Assembly (NCBI GenBank): GCA_038230375.1
Contig: JBBRNJ010000005.1
Span: 96,001 to 160,000 of the forward strand
Direction of reading: 5' to 3'
Source of the DNA: Polyangiales bacterium
Lineage (GTDB): Bacteria > Myxococcota_A > Polyangia > Polyangiales > Polyangiaceae
Length of the DNA: 64,000 nucleotides
The notes below the pieces were generated by a model. It was not told the origin of the DNA and ran no database searches. It was given only the letters and a program-made list of their open reading frames with translations. Positions 55,231 to 64,000 of the stretch are shown here, one piece after another. The position numbers and the translations under genes are program-made. Every line of letters begins with the position of its first letter. Positions within the stretch are counted from its first letter, which is position 1.

Positions 55231-57420
55231 ATGGAAGGCAAAGCGAAAACAGCGCTGACGTTCGGGCTCTACCAGGGCGGTGAGCTCGTGCGCCGCGAGG
55301 TCGTGGCTCAGGACATCGTCAAGGTCGGCAAGGACCCTCGCAGTCACCTGCGCGTCGACGACGAGCTCGCATCGCGTATGCATGCCGTCATCGAGGTCGC
55401 TTCTCCGGAAGACATCACGCTGATCGATCTCGGCAACGAGCCGGGCACGCTGGTCAACGGACAGCGCGTGAACAAGTGCAAGATCCGCCCGGGCGACCAG
55501 GTGCAGATCGGCTCCACCACGATTCACCTCGAGGCAGCCGAGTCCGCATCCATCGCGCCGCCGCCGGTCGTGCAGCAGGCTGCACCGCCGCCGCAAGAGG
55601 CGTTCGTGGCGCCCGCGGCCGCGACCACGCAGGTCGGTGCGCCCGCGTTCGCTCCGCCCCCGGCGTTCGTTCCCCCGGCGGCGTTTGTTCCCCCGGCCCC
55701 CCCCATCGACAACCCGTTCGCCGGTGCCCAGGCAGGGATGGGCGCAGCGCCCGCGGCCAATCCGTTCGCAGCGTCGGCGGCAGGCGCGCCCGCAGCGAAC
55801 CCGTTTGCCAACGCAAACCCGTTCGCGGCCGCAGCGAATCCCTTCGTCGCATCGGCGACCGACCAGTTCGGCGTCAACGCGCCGGGCGGCTCCGATTCGT
55901 TCGACCCGAGCCAACCCTTCACCTACTCGATGGTGAAGTCCGGTCCGGACGTCAGCCCCGACGAGGTCGAGGTCCCGCACCTTGCCGCTGTCGAGGTCAT
56001 GGTGATGTGGGATCAGAACGTCCTTCACTGCGACGTGCTCACGCCCGTGCGTTCGTACTTCGTTGGTGAGGAAGCCGGCCCCAACCTCGGCTGCGACTAC
56101 GTCGTCCCGAGCGAGACGCTAGGCACCACGCGCGCTCCCATCGTCGTGTCTCGCGGCGGTAGCGGCGCGGCGCTCGTCATTCTTCCGCGCACCACGGGCA
56201 ATGTCGAGATCCCCGGTCAGGGCAAGATCACCCTCGCCGAGCTCGTGCAGTCCGGTCGCGCGCGTCCCTCTTCGGAGATGGGCGGCGCCTACGAGTTCGA
56301 TCTCCCGCCGGGCGCAAAGGCCCGCATGGAGCTCGAGGGCTCGGGGCTCGGCTTCCAGATCACTGCAGGCAACGCAGGCAAGGCGCCCCCCGCGGGCGTG
56401 CTCGCAAGCCTCGAGCCCGCGTCGTTCCTCTTCGTGGGTCTCTCCGCGCTCCTTCACCTTGGCGCGATCAGCGTGTTCGCGTTCTTCATGCCGAAGATGA
56501 ACGGCGACGACGCGGAAGCGATCGACCGCGACCAGATCCTCTTCATGCAGAAGATGCTCAACGCCGCTGCAGAGCGTGAGCAGGAAGAGAAGGAGACCGA
56601 GGTCACCGCCGACAACTCCGACAACAAGGAGGGCGGCACCGGTACGCGAGCCAAGGGCGAAGAAGGCTCGATGGGTAACCCGAACACGCAGGCCACTGGC
56701 CACAAGTTCGGCGTCCAGGGTCCGAAGGACAATCCCGATCCGCACATCGCTCGTCAGGCTGCGCTGAAGGAAGCGGCGGAGTTCGGCATGATCGGCCTCC
56801 TGAACGTGGGCGCCGGCGGCGACCCGAACGCTCCGACGGCCCCGTGGGGTCGTGAAGAGTCGCTCGGTAGCGATCCGATGAGCGCGCGCGGCAACATGTG
56901 GGGCGACGCCATCGGCGACTCGTTCGGCGCAGGCGGCCTCGGCCTCTCCGGCGTCGGCGAAGGCGGCGGCGGTCGCGGCGAAGGCATCGGCCTTGGCAAC
57001 GTCGGCACCATCGGTCACGGCGCCGGCACCGGCACCGGTCAGGGCTTCGGCAACGGCCACGGTCGTCTCGGTGGAGCGCACGCGACCAAGTCGCCCACGC
57101 TTCGTCAAGGCGCCACGCAGGTCAACGGCCGCCTCCCGCCGGAGGTCATCCAGCGTATCGTTCGGCAGAACTTCGGTCGCTTCCGTCTCTGCTACGAGAA
57201 CGGTCTGCGCACCAACCCGAACCTCGCCGGCCGCGTGCAGGTGAAGTTCGTCATCGACCGCTCGGGTTCGGTCTCCACGTCGCAAGACGGCGGCTCGGAC
57301 CTCCCGGACAACAGCGTCGTGTCGTGCGTCGTTCGCGGCTTCGGAAACCTCTCGTTCCCGCAGCCCGAAGGCGGCATCGTCACCGTCGTATACCCCATCA
57401 TCTTCAACCCCGGCGATTGA
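55231..57420 (+). CDS. gltG: Gliding motility protein GltG (FHA - TM - TonB-C/AgmX-PglI C-terminal domain)
   Basis: FHA: VKVGKD..SHLRVDD..ASRMHAVIE, DLG...GTLVNG. TM with SALLH, then RAKGEEGSMG, a Gly-rich region, and C-terminal IQRIVRQNFGRFRLCYENGL..NPNLAGRV...FPQPEGGIVTVVYP. Confidence 0.9.
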   Translation: MEGKAKTALTFGLYQGGELVRREVVAQDIVKVGKDPRSHLRVDDELASRMHAVIEVASPEDITLIDLGNEPGTLVNGQRVNKCKIRPGDQVQIGSTTIHLEAAESASIAPPPVVQQAAPPPQEAFVAPAAATTQVGAPAFAPPPAFVPPAAFVPPAPPIDNPFAGAQAGMGAAPAANPFAASAAGAPAANPFANANPFAAAANPFVASATDQFGVNAPGGSDSFDPSQPFTYSMVKSGPDVSPDEVEVPHLAAVEVMVMWDQNVLHCDVLTPVRSYFVGEEAGPNLGCDYVVPSETLGTTRAPIVVSRGGSGAALVILPRTTGNVEIPGQGKITLAELVQSGRARPSSEMGGAYEFDLPPGAKARMELEGSGLGFQITAGNAGKAPPAGVLASLEPASFLFVGLSALLHLGAISVFAFFMPKMNGDDAEAIDRDQILFMQKMLNAAAEREQEEKETEVTADNSDNKEGGTGTRAKGEEGSMGNPNTQATGHKFGVQGPKDNPDPHIARQAALKEAAEFGMIGLLNVGAGGDPNAPTAPWGREESLGSDPMSARGNMWGDAIGDSFGAGGLGLSGVGEGGGGRGEGIGLGNVGTIGHGAGTGTGQGFGNGHGRLGGAHATKSPTLRQGATQVNGRLPPEVIQRIVRQNFGRFRLCYENGLRTNPNLAGRVQVKFVIDRSGSVSTSQDGGSDLPDNSVVSCVVRGFGNLSFPQPEGGIVTVVYPIIFNPGD

Positions 57421-57565
57421 TTGACGGGCGCATCTTGGCGGGCCTCGACACGTGAGGCTTCGTTTTGGGCTCCGGGGCGTGCTCACGTACCAGAGTACGT
57501 TCCGCGCGCTCCTCGCCCAAAGCCTCGCCTGACGTGCCGATTCCCGCCAAGCTGCACCCGTCAAT
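57420..57565. repeat. 146-bp imperfect inverted repeat (long hairpin, MITE/REP-like)
   Basis: The outer 23 bp match at 21/23, and 41 of the outer 51 positions are complementary without gaps. Centre is acgtac-caga-gtacgt. Confidence 0.85.
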
Positions 57566-57588
57566 GCTGAATTGATGGGTGTGGGGGA

Positions 57589-57697
57589 TGTGGACTGCAC
57601 GGGTCGGGGGCATGTGTAGACTGCACGCGTGTGTGGACTGCACGCGTGTGTGGACTGCACGCGTGTGTGGACTGCACGCGTGTGTGGACTGCACGCG
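57589..57697. repeat. 17-bp tandem repeat (ctgcacgcgtgtgtgga), 4.5 perfect copies plus degenerate upstream copies
   Basis: Perfect copies start at 57621, 57638, 57655 and 57672, with a partial copy at 57689. Variants at 57589-57603 and 57613-57620. Confidence 0.92.
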
Positions 57698-57798
57698 CCG
57701 TCGTCACCGACGTCGCGGTCAGGGCTCTCGTCGTGGTTGTGAATGCGGTGGTTTTCCTTCGGGGGGCCGCCGCTTTCGTTTTGTGCGATGATTGTGGG

Positions 57799-58722
57799 AT
57801 GCGTTTCCCGCTCGTCTTTGCGGTTGGGCTCGTTGCTGTTGGTGCTTTGGTCGCCTGTGAAGGGGACTCTCCCGGTGGCGGGGGTTCTCAGTCCGATGGT
57901 GGCGGCGGTGGCGGTGGCGGTGGTGGCGGTGGTGGTGGCGGCGGTGGTGGGGGCGGGAATGGGGAGGGTGGTGGTGGTGGGGGCGGCGATGGTGGGGGTG
58001 GGGGCAGCATGCTGCACCATCCTCCCAGCGTGGCTCCGACCAAGACGTGTAGCTACACACCCGATGGTGGCGGGTTCTTCTCTCTGACGTCTCCCATGGG
58101 CGCGTACTTCGTTCGGCTGCCGAAGGGGTACGACAAGACCAAGCCAACGCCCGTGGTTGTCTCGGAGCATGGGTGCGGGGACAACGCTGGCAACTTCGTC
58201 ACGTGGGCGTCGGCGCCCTACAACGACGTGATGAACATGCGCCAGAACGACTTCCAGTCGTACATCGGCATTGCGGTCGAGGACAGCGCCGGTGGCTGCT
58301 GGGACATCGGGCACGGCGACAAGGTGCTCGCGGCGCTTGATGACGCCGCGAGCTGCTTCTACGTCGATCAGGCGCACGTCACGATCGCGGGGTATTCGTC
58401 AGGCGCGGGCGTGGCATACCAGGTGGGGCTTGCGCACGCGGAGCGCTTCTCCGGCATCCTGATCCTGAACGGCGCCCTCTACGACACGGGCTCCATGGAG
58501 AGCTCGCTCCTCGCGAACGCGGCATGGAAGATCAACATCGCCCACCTGGCCCACGACAGCGACGGCGACTACCCGCTCGCCATGGTCCAGGCCGACTGGT
58601 CGAAGATCACCGCTGCAGGCTTCCCCCTCCAGACCTCCCACGCCCCAGGCACGCACGATGGAGCAAGCAAGGACTGGTACTCGTACCTGCTACCCAAGAT
58701 GACCGCGTGGACCGCGCCGTGA
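57799..58722 (+). CDS. PHB-depolymerase-like esterase lipoprotein with a poly-Gly linker
   Basis: LVAC lipobox and long Gly run. YFVRLPKGYD...PVVVSEHGCG, VDQAHVTIAGYSSGA (GxSxG), HDSDGD and GTHD motifs. Confidence 0.8.
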   Translation: MRFPLVFAVGLVAVGALVACEGDSPGGGGSQSDGGGGGGGGGGGGGGGGGGGGNGEGGGGGGGDGGGGGSMLHHPPSVAPTKTCSYTPDGGGFFSLTSPMGAYFVRLPKGYDKTKPTPVVVSEHGCGDNAGNFVTWASAPYNDVMNMRQNDFQSYIGIAVEDSAGGCWDIGHGDKVLAALDDAASCFYVDQAHVTIAGYSSGAGVAYQVGLAHAERFSGILILNGALYDTGSMESSLLANAAWKINIAHLAHDSDGDYPLAMVQADWSKITAAGFPLQTSHAPGTHDGASKDWYSYLLPKMTAWTAP

Positions 58723-58808
58723 CCCCCAAATCCGCAGCTCTTGCTGTGAAAATCCTCTCGCTCTTTTTCGTCGAGTTTCGAGGCAATCCTGGGTAACGTG
58801 CGCCGTAC

Positions 58809-59747
58809 ATGAAGCTCTCGAACTTCGTCCACGCTCCGCTCCTCGCCATCGGTCTCACCGCGCTCGCCGGGATCACCGGCTGCAGCCGCAACAACATCGA
58901 AGCGGTCAACCTCTCGAACGAGGGAGACAAGGCGAAGGGCTCCAACATCGACGAGGCGATCTCGAAGTACGAGCAGGCGACGCAGCTCGACCCGACGAAC
59001 CATCGCATCCTGTGGAAGCTCGCGAAGGCCTACGAGAAGAAAGAGGCGTGGGACAAGTGCGGGCAGACCGCCAAGAAGGCGCAGACCCTCGCGCCCAGCT
59101 ACGCGAACTACTACTTCGAGCAAGGGCTCGCGAGCGCGCGTATCGCGGGCAAAGAGAAGACGGGCGGCAACTGGGCGGAGCCCAAGGGTCCTCTCGAAGA
59201 GGCCACGCAGAAGGACCAGAACCTTGCGGATGCTCACTTCGAGCTCGCGGAGGTTCTTCTTCACCTCGACGACGAGGCCGGTGCGCTGCGCGAGTACTCG
59301 AAGGCGATCGACGTCCAGCCAGACAACACGCAGTTCTATGTCCCGCTCGCGGACCTCTACCTGCGCCTCAACCTGATCGACGAGGCCGAGAAGGTCGTTC
59401 GCGAGGGCATGGGCTTCGTGAAGGAGTCTGACCCGAAGGGGCAGTTCGCGATGCACAGCCTCATGGGCGCGGTCTTCGACGCGCGCAACCAGCCCGAGGG
59501 CGCCCTCAAGGAGTACGACCTCGCGCGGAAGGCGTGCGGTACTTGCACCGATCCGGGCCAGGCCATCGCGTTCTTCAACCTCGGCGCCGCGTATGCACAG
59601 CAGAATCCGGCGCAGACCAGCCAGGCCATGCAGAACCTCCAGAACTTCCACAAGATGATCTGCAAAGGTGGCGCGAAGGCCCGCTACGAGGACCAGTGCG
59701 CTCAGGCGCAACAGCTCGCCCAGAAGGTGGGCGGCAACCTGCAGTGA
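58809..59747 (+). CDS. TPR lipoprotein
   Basis: ITGC lipobox. TPRs AISKYEQATQLDPTN, ADAHFELAEV and AFFNLGAAY. Confidence 0.85.
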   Translation: MKLSNFVHAPLLAIGLTALAGITGCSRNNIEAVNLSNEGDKAKGSNIDEAISKYEQATQLDPTNHRILWKLAKAYEKKEAWDKCGQTAKKAQTLAPSYANYYFEQGLASARIAGKEKTGGNWAEPKGPLEEATQKDQNLADAHFELAEVLLHLDDEAGALREYSKAIDVQPDNTQFYVPLADLYLRLNLIDEAEKVVREGMGFVKESDPKGQFAMHSLMGAVFDARNQPEGALKEYDLARKACGTCTDPGQAIAFFNLGAAYAQQNPAQTSQAMQNLQNFHKMICKGGAKARYEDQCAQAQQLAQKVGGNLQ

Positions 59748-60036
59748 GACGCGGACGCTGATTGAGGCTGCCTTCGCGGACTGCCGCGGACTACAAGGTC
59801 CCCGGAATGTCAAGCATCGATGCTCTGCCTACAGCAGGTCCCGCGGCCCCAACTTCATGTGGGGCGGCGGGTATTTTGTGCATGGAACTCCCCACATGGC
59901 CGCGGTGCTCTGATACCGTGGAAGTCCGCGAATTGGGTCCGTCGCCGTTTCTGAACGTGCGCCGCTTGATGTAGCAAGCGGCAAGCAAGCAGGCGCGTGC
60001 GGGCGGTCCCTTTCGAACGTCGATACCCGAGGAATC

Positions 60037-63000
60037 ATGGATCTGATGGAGCGTCTCAGTTACCTCGAGAACGTGCGTGATTGGCAGGGGCTCGTCGAAG
60101 AGCTCGAACGCGGAATTGCCTCCGCGACCGCCAACGACGCGAAAGCCGCGCTGCATTTGAAGCTCGCGCAGGTTCTCGACGCGAAGTTCCTGGCCGGCGT
60201 GAAGGCGCTGAAGCACTTCCAGGACGCGTACAAGCTGAACCCGGCGCTGGCGGAGAGCCTGGAGCTCGCGCGCCAGATCTACTGGGACCTCGGCAAGCTG
60301 AACATGGTTCAGAAGCTCATCGAGCTGGAGCTCAAGTCCATCAAGGACGGCGCTCGCGCGAGCGCCCTGCTCCTCGAGCTCGGCGACGTGCTCTGCGACC
60401 TTGGTGACTACGACAAGGCGACCGCCACCTACGCCCGCGCGCTGGCTGCATCGTCTGGCGCGAACGAAGAGGCGAGCCTCTGCCTCGAGGACGCACAGGT
60501 CGACAGCTCATCGTGGCAGCCGCGCATCTCCACGATCCTCCAGTCCGCTTCCAGCACCGACGACAGCGTCGCGCGCGGTCGCCTTTTCCTCCGCGGCGTG
60601 CGCATCGTTCGTCGCTTCGCGCCCGAAGAGGTCGAGTCGTTGCTCGAGCGCTCGTACTCCGCGGACCCGCGCAACCGCCAGGTCGCGGCGCTCTACGAAG
60701 GCATGATGATGGAGGCCGGTCGCACCGAGGACCTCTCCTCGCTGCAGACCAAGGTGCTCGCCGGCATTGGCAAGAGCGAGGCTGGTTCGAGGGAGCGCGC
60801 GGAGATCGCGTGCGTGTTCGGCACGCGCTGGGTCTCGCGTCACCAGAACGTCGACGTGGGCACGCGCTTCCTCGAGGAAGCGATCAAGCTCGACCCGACG
60901 AAGGAAGGGGCGTTCCAGTACCTCCGCGATGCGTACGGAAAGAAGGGCGGCGACTGGGATCGCGTCCTCACGCTGGCCGAGGAAGCCGCCACGCATGCCG
61001 GCAACAACGGCAACGCGAGCTTCTTGCTCGCGCAGGCTGGTCTCATCGCATGGCGTCAGCTCGGCAACCTGCCGCGTGCCCGCATGTGCTTCGAGCGCCT
61101 CAGCGCGCTCGCGCCGGAGCACCCGCAGCTCCGCGCCTTCGAGGCCCAGATCGGCGAGACGCTCGGCAACCCGGACGGGATGACGAAGGCGACCGCGCCG
61201 CCTCCCACGGTCGTACAGACCGCGCCGCCGCCCGCGGGCTACAAGGCCTCCACGCCACCGGCATCGCAAGAAGCGCCGATGACGCCGCACGTGCAGGCGC
61301 CGGAAGCGGTCGTCGCAGAAGCACAAGCCGCCTCCGCGCCTCCGCCCGCGGCAGACCCCGAGCCCGAGGTTGCGCACGCCCCCGAGCATGCGCCGTCCCC
61401 GCACGCAGAGGTCGTCGATACGTCGATGCCGCTGCCGGCAATGGCTTCCGAGGCGCCCCCTCCTCCTCCTGTGGAAGCCTCCCCAGCCCCTCCGCCCGCA
61501 GCAGTTGCAGCAGCGCCCGTCGCAGCAGCAGCAGCCGCGGATTACGATCCCGCGAAGGTCGAGGAGCTGAAGGCTCTCGCCGAGAAGCAGGAAGCCAACA
61601 AGCGCTACAACGAGTACGTCAAGACGCTCCTCCAGATCGCGGCGATGGTGCCCGACGCCTTCGAGAAGGTGGAGCTCTACATGAAGGCCGCCGACCTCTA
61701 CGTCGGCAAGTTCGCGAACCAGGCCGAGGCCGTGAAGGCGTACGAGCAGGTCATCGCGCTCGACCCCGACAACGCGCAGGCCGTCGACTACCTGCGTCAG
61801 ATGTACGAGAAGCGTCGCGACTGGGAGAAGCTCCTCGGGCTCTCTCGCCGCGAGGCCGAGCGCATCATGAACGGCCCGGAGCGCGCCGCGAAGTTCCTCG
61901 AGATCGCGAAGCTCGCGACCGAGCGCGTGAAGAAGCCGGACGTCTGCATCGAGCTCTGGCAGGAAGTGCTCGACAGCGATCCGTCCAACGTCGAGGCGCT
62001 CGGGGCGCTCGGCGGTCTCTACGAGCGCTCCAAGGAGTTCGACAAGCTCGTCGACGTCCTGGAGAAGCAGGCCGAGCACACGTACGAGCCCGCCGCGAAG
62101 ATCCAGATCCTCACGAAGCTCGGCACGTACTACGGCGACAAGCTCAACAACGACGAAGGCGCCGTCAACGCGTGGCGCCTGCTCCTCACCCTCGATCCGA
62201 ACGATCGCAAAGCGCAGGAGGCCCTCAAGAAGAAGTACCTCGCGCTTGGTCGCTGGGACGACCTCGAGGTCTTCTACGCCGAGAGCGGCAAGTGGGACGA
62301 GTTCATCCGCGTCCTCGAGCAGCAGGAAGCGAAAGAGACCGATCCGCAGGCGAAGATCTCGCTCCTCTTCAAGATCGCCGAGCTCTGGGCAGACAAGAAG
62401 CAGAAGAACGATCGCGCCGCGAAGGCGTACGAGAAGGTCCTCGAGCTCGAGGCCCAGAACCTCCGCGCCGCAGAGGCGCTCATCCCGATCTACACGGCCG
62501 CCAACAACAGCAAGGCGCTCGCAAACGCGATCGAGGTGAAGCTCGGTCACGAAGCAGATCCCACCACCCGCATCGCGCTGCTGCGAGAGGTCGCTGGTCT
62601 CTACGAGTCGAAGGTCAAGGAGCCGCAGAAGGCGCTCGACCGTTACATCGCCGCGTTCGATCTCCTCCCCTCGGACGAGCAGACCGCGACCGACATGGAG
62701 CGCGCGGCCAAGGCCATGAACGGCTGGGACCGCGTCATTGCGGGCTACGCCACGGCGATCGACAACGCCGACAACGCCGCCGACATGGACCTCGCCATCG
62801 CGCTACGTCTGCGTCAGGGGCGCGTGCTCGTCGAAGAGATGAACCGCATCGACGACGCGCTCGGCGTGTACCGGGCGGTCTACGAGAAGGACAGCGAGAA
62901 CGCGATCGCGCTCGGCGCACTCGAAGGCCTCTACCGTCACACCGGCAAGTTCGGCGAGCTCCTCGGCATCTACGAGAAGAAGCGCGAGATGGCCGGTCCG

Positions 63001-64000
63001 GACGAGCGCAAGGCGATCTCCTACGAGATCGCGAAGCTCTACGAGACGGAGATCAAGGACGTCGACAAGGCGATCGAGACCTACGTCCAGATCCTGGACG
63101 AGGAGCCCACGGACATCGCGTCCCTCGGCGCGCTCGACGTCCTCTACGGAAACCTCGGTCGGTGGGAGCCCTACGTCGACGTTCTCCGCCGCCGCATCGA
63201 GCTCGATGCGACGGAGAAGGAGCTGATCGACCTCAAGTACCGCCTCGGCCAGACGCAGGAGAAGCACCTCTCCGACGCCGCGCCCGCGCTCGAGAATTAT
63301 CGCGAGATCCTCTTCCTGGACGCGCAGCACGAAGGCGCGCGCCTCGCGCTCGAGAACCTCCTCACGAACGAGGATCTCCGCGGTGAGGCCGCCAGCATCC
63401 TCGAGAACATCTACGAGGAGCGCGCCGACTGGACGAAGCTCATCTTCTCCCTCGGCATCCTCTCGCAGGCTCAGCATGACGTGGAGAAGCGCGTCACGAT
63501 CCTCCGGAAGATCGCGCGCGTGGCGTCCGATCAGCTGCAGGATTTCGCGCAGGCCTTCCGCGCGCTCTCGCAGGCGCTCACCGATGCGCCGGAGAACGCC
63601 GACACACGCCAGGAGATCGAGGCGATCGTCACGCACTCCAACGCGTGGACGGAGCTCGTTGCTCTGCTCGAGCAGATCGCGTCGGGCGCAACGGACGCCG
63701 CGCTCGCGCGCGAGTACTGGATGCAGCTCGCCCGCGTGAATGACACGCAGCTCCAGCAGGTGGACGCGGCAGCGCGCGGCTACACGAAGGTGCTCGGCCT
63801 CGACCCGTCGGATGCAGAGGCACTGGACGCGCTCGAGCAGCTCTTCTTCCGCACGCAGCGGTGGAAGGACGTCATCTCCGTCATCGAGAAGCGCATCGAG
63901 CAGACCACGGACGCAGCACGGACCGAGGCGCTCTATGCGCAGATGGCCCGCATCTACGACGAGGCCCTGGGGCAGCCCGGCGACGCGGTCAGCTGCTACA
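60037..64000 (+). CDS. Giant TPR protein, AgmK/GltI-like, 3'-truncated by the window edge (absent from the ORF track)
   Basis: ATG 60037 opens MDLMERLSYLENVRDWQGLVEELE, and no stop was seen in this frame to base 64000. Repeats such as KALKHFQDAYKLNP and AVKAYEQVIALDPDN. No signal peptide. Pro/Ala-rich insert at about 61180-61540. Confidence 0.85.
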   Translation, partial: MDLMERLSYLENVRDWQGLVEELERGIASATANDAKAALHLKLAQVLDAKFLAGVKALKHFQDAYKLNPALAESLELARQIYWDLGKLNMVQKLIELELKSIKDGARASALLLELGDVLCDLGDYDKATATYARALAASSGANEEASLCLEDAQVDSSSWQPRISTILQSASSTDDSVARGRLFLRGVRIVRRFAPEEVESLLERSYSADPRNRQVAALYEGMMMEAGRTEDLSSLQTKVLAGIGKSEAGSRERAEIACVFGTRWVSRHQNVDVGTRFLEEAIKLDPTKEGAFQYLRDAYGKKGGDWDRVLTLAEEAATHAGNNGNASFLLAQAGLIAWRQLGNLPRARMCFERLSALAPEHPQLRAFEAQIGETLGNPDGMTKATAPPPTVVQTAPPPAGYKASTPPASQEAPMTPHVQAPEAVVAEAQAASAPPPAADPEPEVAHAPEHAPSPHAEVVDTSMPLPAMASEAPPPPPVEASPAPPPAAVAAAPVAAAAAADYDPAKVEELKALAEKQEANKRYNEYVKTLLQIAAMVPDAFEKVELYMKAADLYVGKFANQAEAVKAYEQVIALDPDNAQAVDYLRQMYEKRRDWEKLLGLSRREAERIMNGPERAAKFLEIAKLATERVKKPDVCIELWQEVLDSDPSNVEALGALGGLYERSKEFDKLVDVLEKQAEHTYEPAAKIQILTKLGTYYGDKLNNDEGAVNAWRLLLTLDPNDRKAQEALKKKYLALGRWDDLEVFYAESGKWDEFIRVLEQQEAKETDPQAKISLLFKIAELWADKKQKNDRAAKAYEKVLELEAQNLRAAEALIPIYTAANNSKALANAIEVKLGHEADPTTRIALLREVAGLYESKVKEPQKALDRYIAAFDLLPSDEQTATDMERAAKAMNGWDRVIAGYATAIDNADNAADMDLAIALRLRQGRVLVEEMNRIDDALGVYRAVYEKDSENAIALGALEGLYRHTGKFGELLGIYEKKREMAGPDERKAISYEIAKLYETEIKDVDKAIETYVQILDEEPTDIASLGALDVLYGNLGRWEPYVDVLRRRIELDATEKELIDLKYRLGQTQEKHLSDAAPALENYREILFLDAQHEGARLALENLLTNEDLRGEAASILENIYEERADWTKLIFSLGILSQAQHDVEKRVTILRKIARVASDQLQDFAQAFRALSQALTDAPENADTRQEIEAIVTHSNAWTELVALLEQIASGATDAALAREYWMQLARVNDTQLQQVDAAARGYTKVLGLDPSDAEALDALEQLFFRTQRWKDVISVIEKRIEQTTDAARTEALYAQMARIYDEALGQPGDAVSCY

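Noticed and set aside
57589..57697. Possible CRISPR array
   Set aside because: The units are 17 bp and directly adjacent with no unique spacers, and there are no cas genes in the window.
60508..63386. 957-aa plus-strand and 680-aa minus-strand ORFs
   Set aside because: Off-frame (Arg-rich) and antisense shadows of the open TPR gene starting at 60037.

Overview
GC-rich chromosomal window, most likely from a myxobacterium of the Polyangiaceae/Labilitrichaceae type. This assignment is inferred from gene content and style, not from a search. The left half holds housekeeping and accessory genes: a PhoH2 fragment, yajC-secD-secF, mlaF/mlaD-like genes, three Hanks-type kinase-fold genes, a GT-C / STAND ATPase / GT87 / MMPL block, a cystathionine gamma-synthase/lyase, a PLD and ftsY. 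The right half is dominated by adventurous-gliding (Glt) genes: two outer-membrane beta-barrel genes (GltA/B-like), a CglC/GltK-like lipoprotein, gltC-D-E-F-G, a TPR lipoprotein, and a giant TPR gene (AgmK/GltI-like) that runs off the window and is missing from the ORF track. There is one tRNA-His. No integrase, transposase, cas gene or CRISPR array was seen. The most notable observations are: an identical DIEIDDPNTP motif in the disordered N-termini of two unrelated Glt proteins; five NPF motifs in the GltG linker; a tRNA-His gene without a genomically encoded G-1; a 146-bp hairpin plus a 17-bp tandem array right after gltG; a small ORF bracketed by duplicated hairpins; a degenerate PFOR-fold protein; and a kinase-cNMP-(Crp-like) fusion. 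All family calls come from motif recognition by eye, without database searches.
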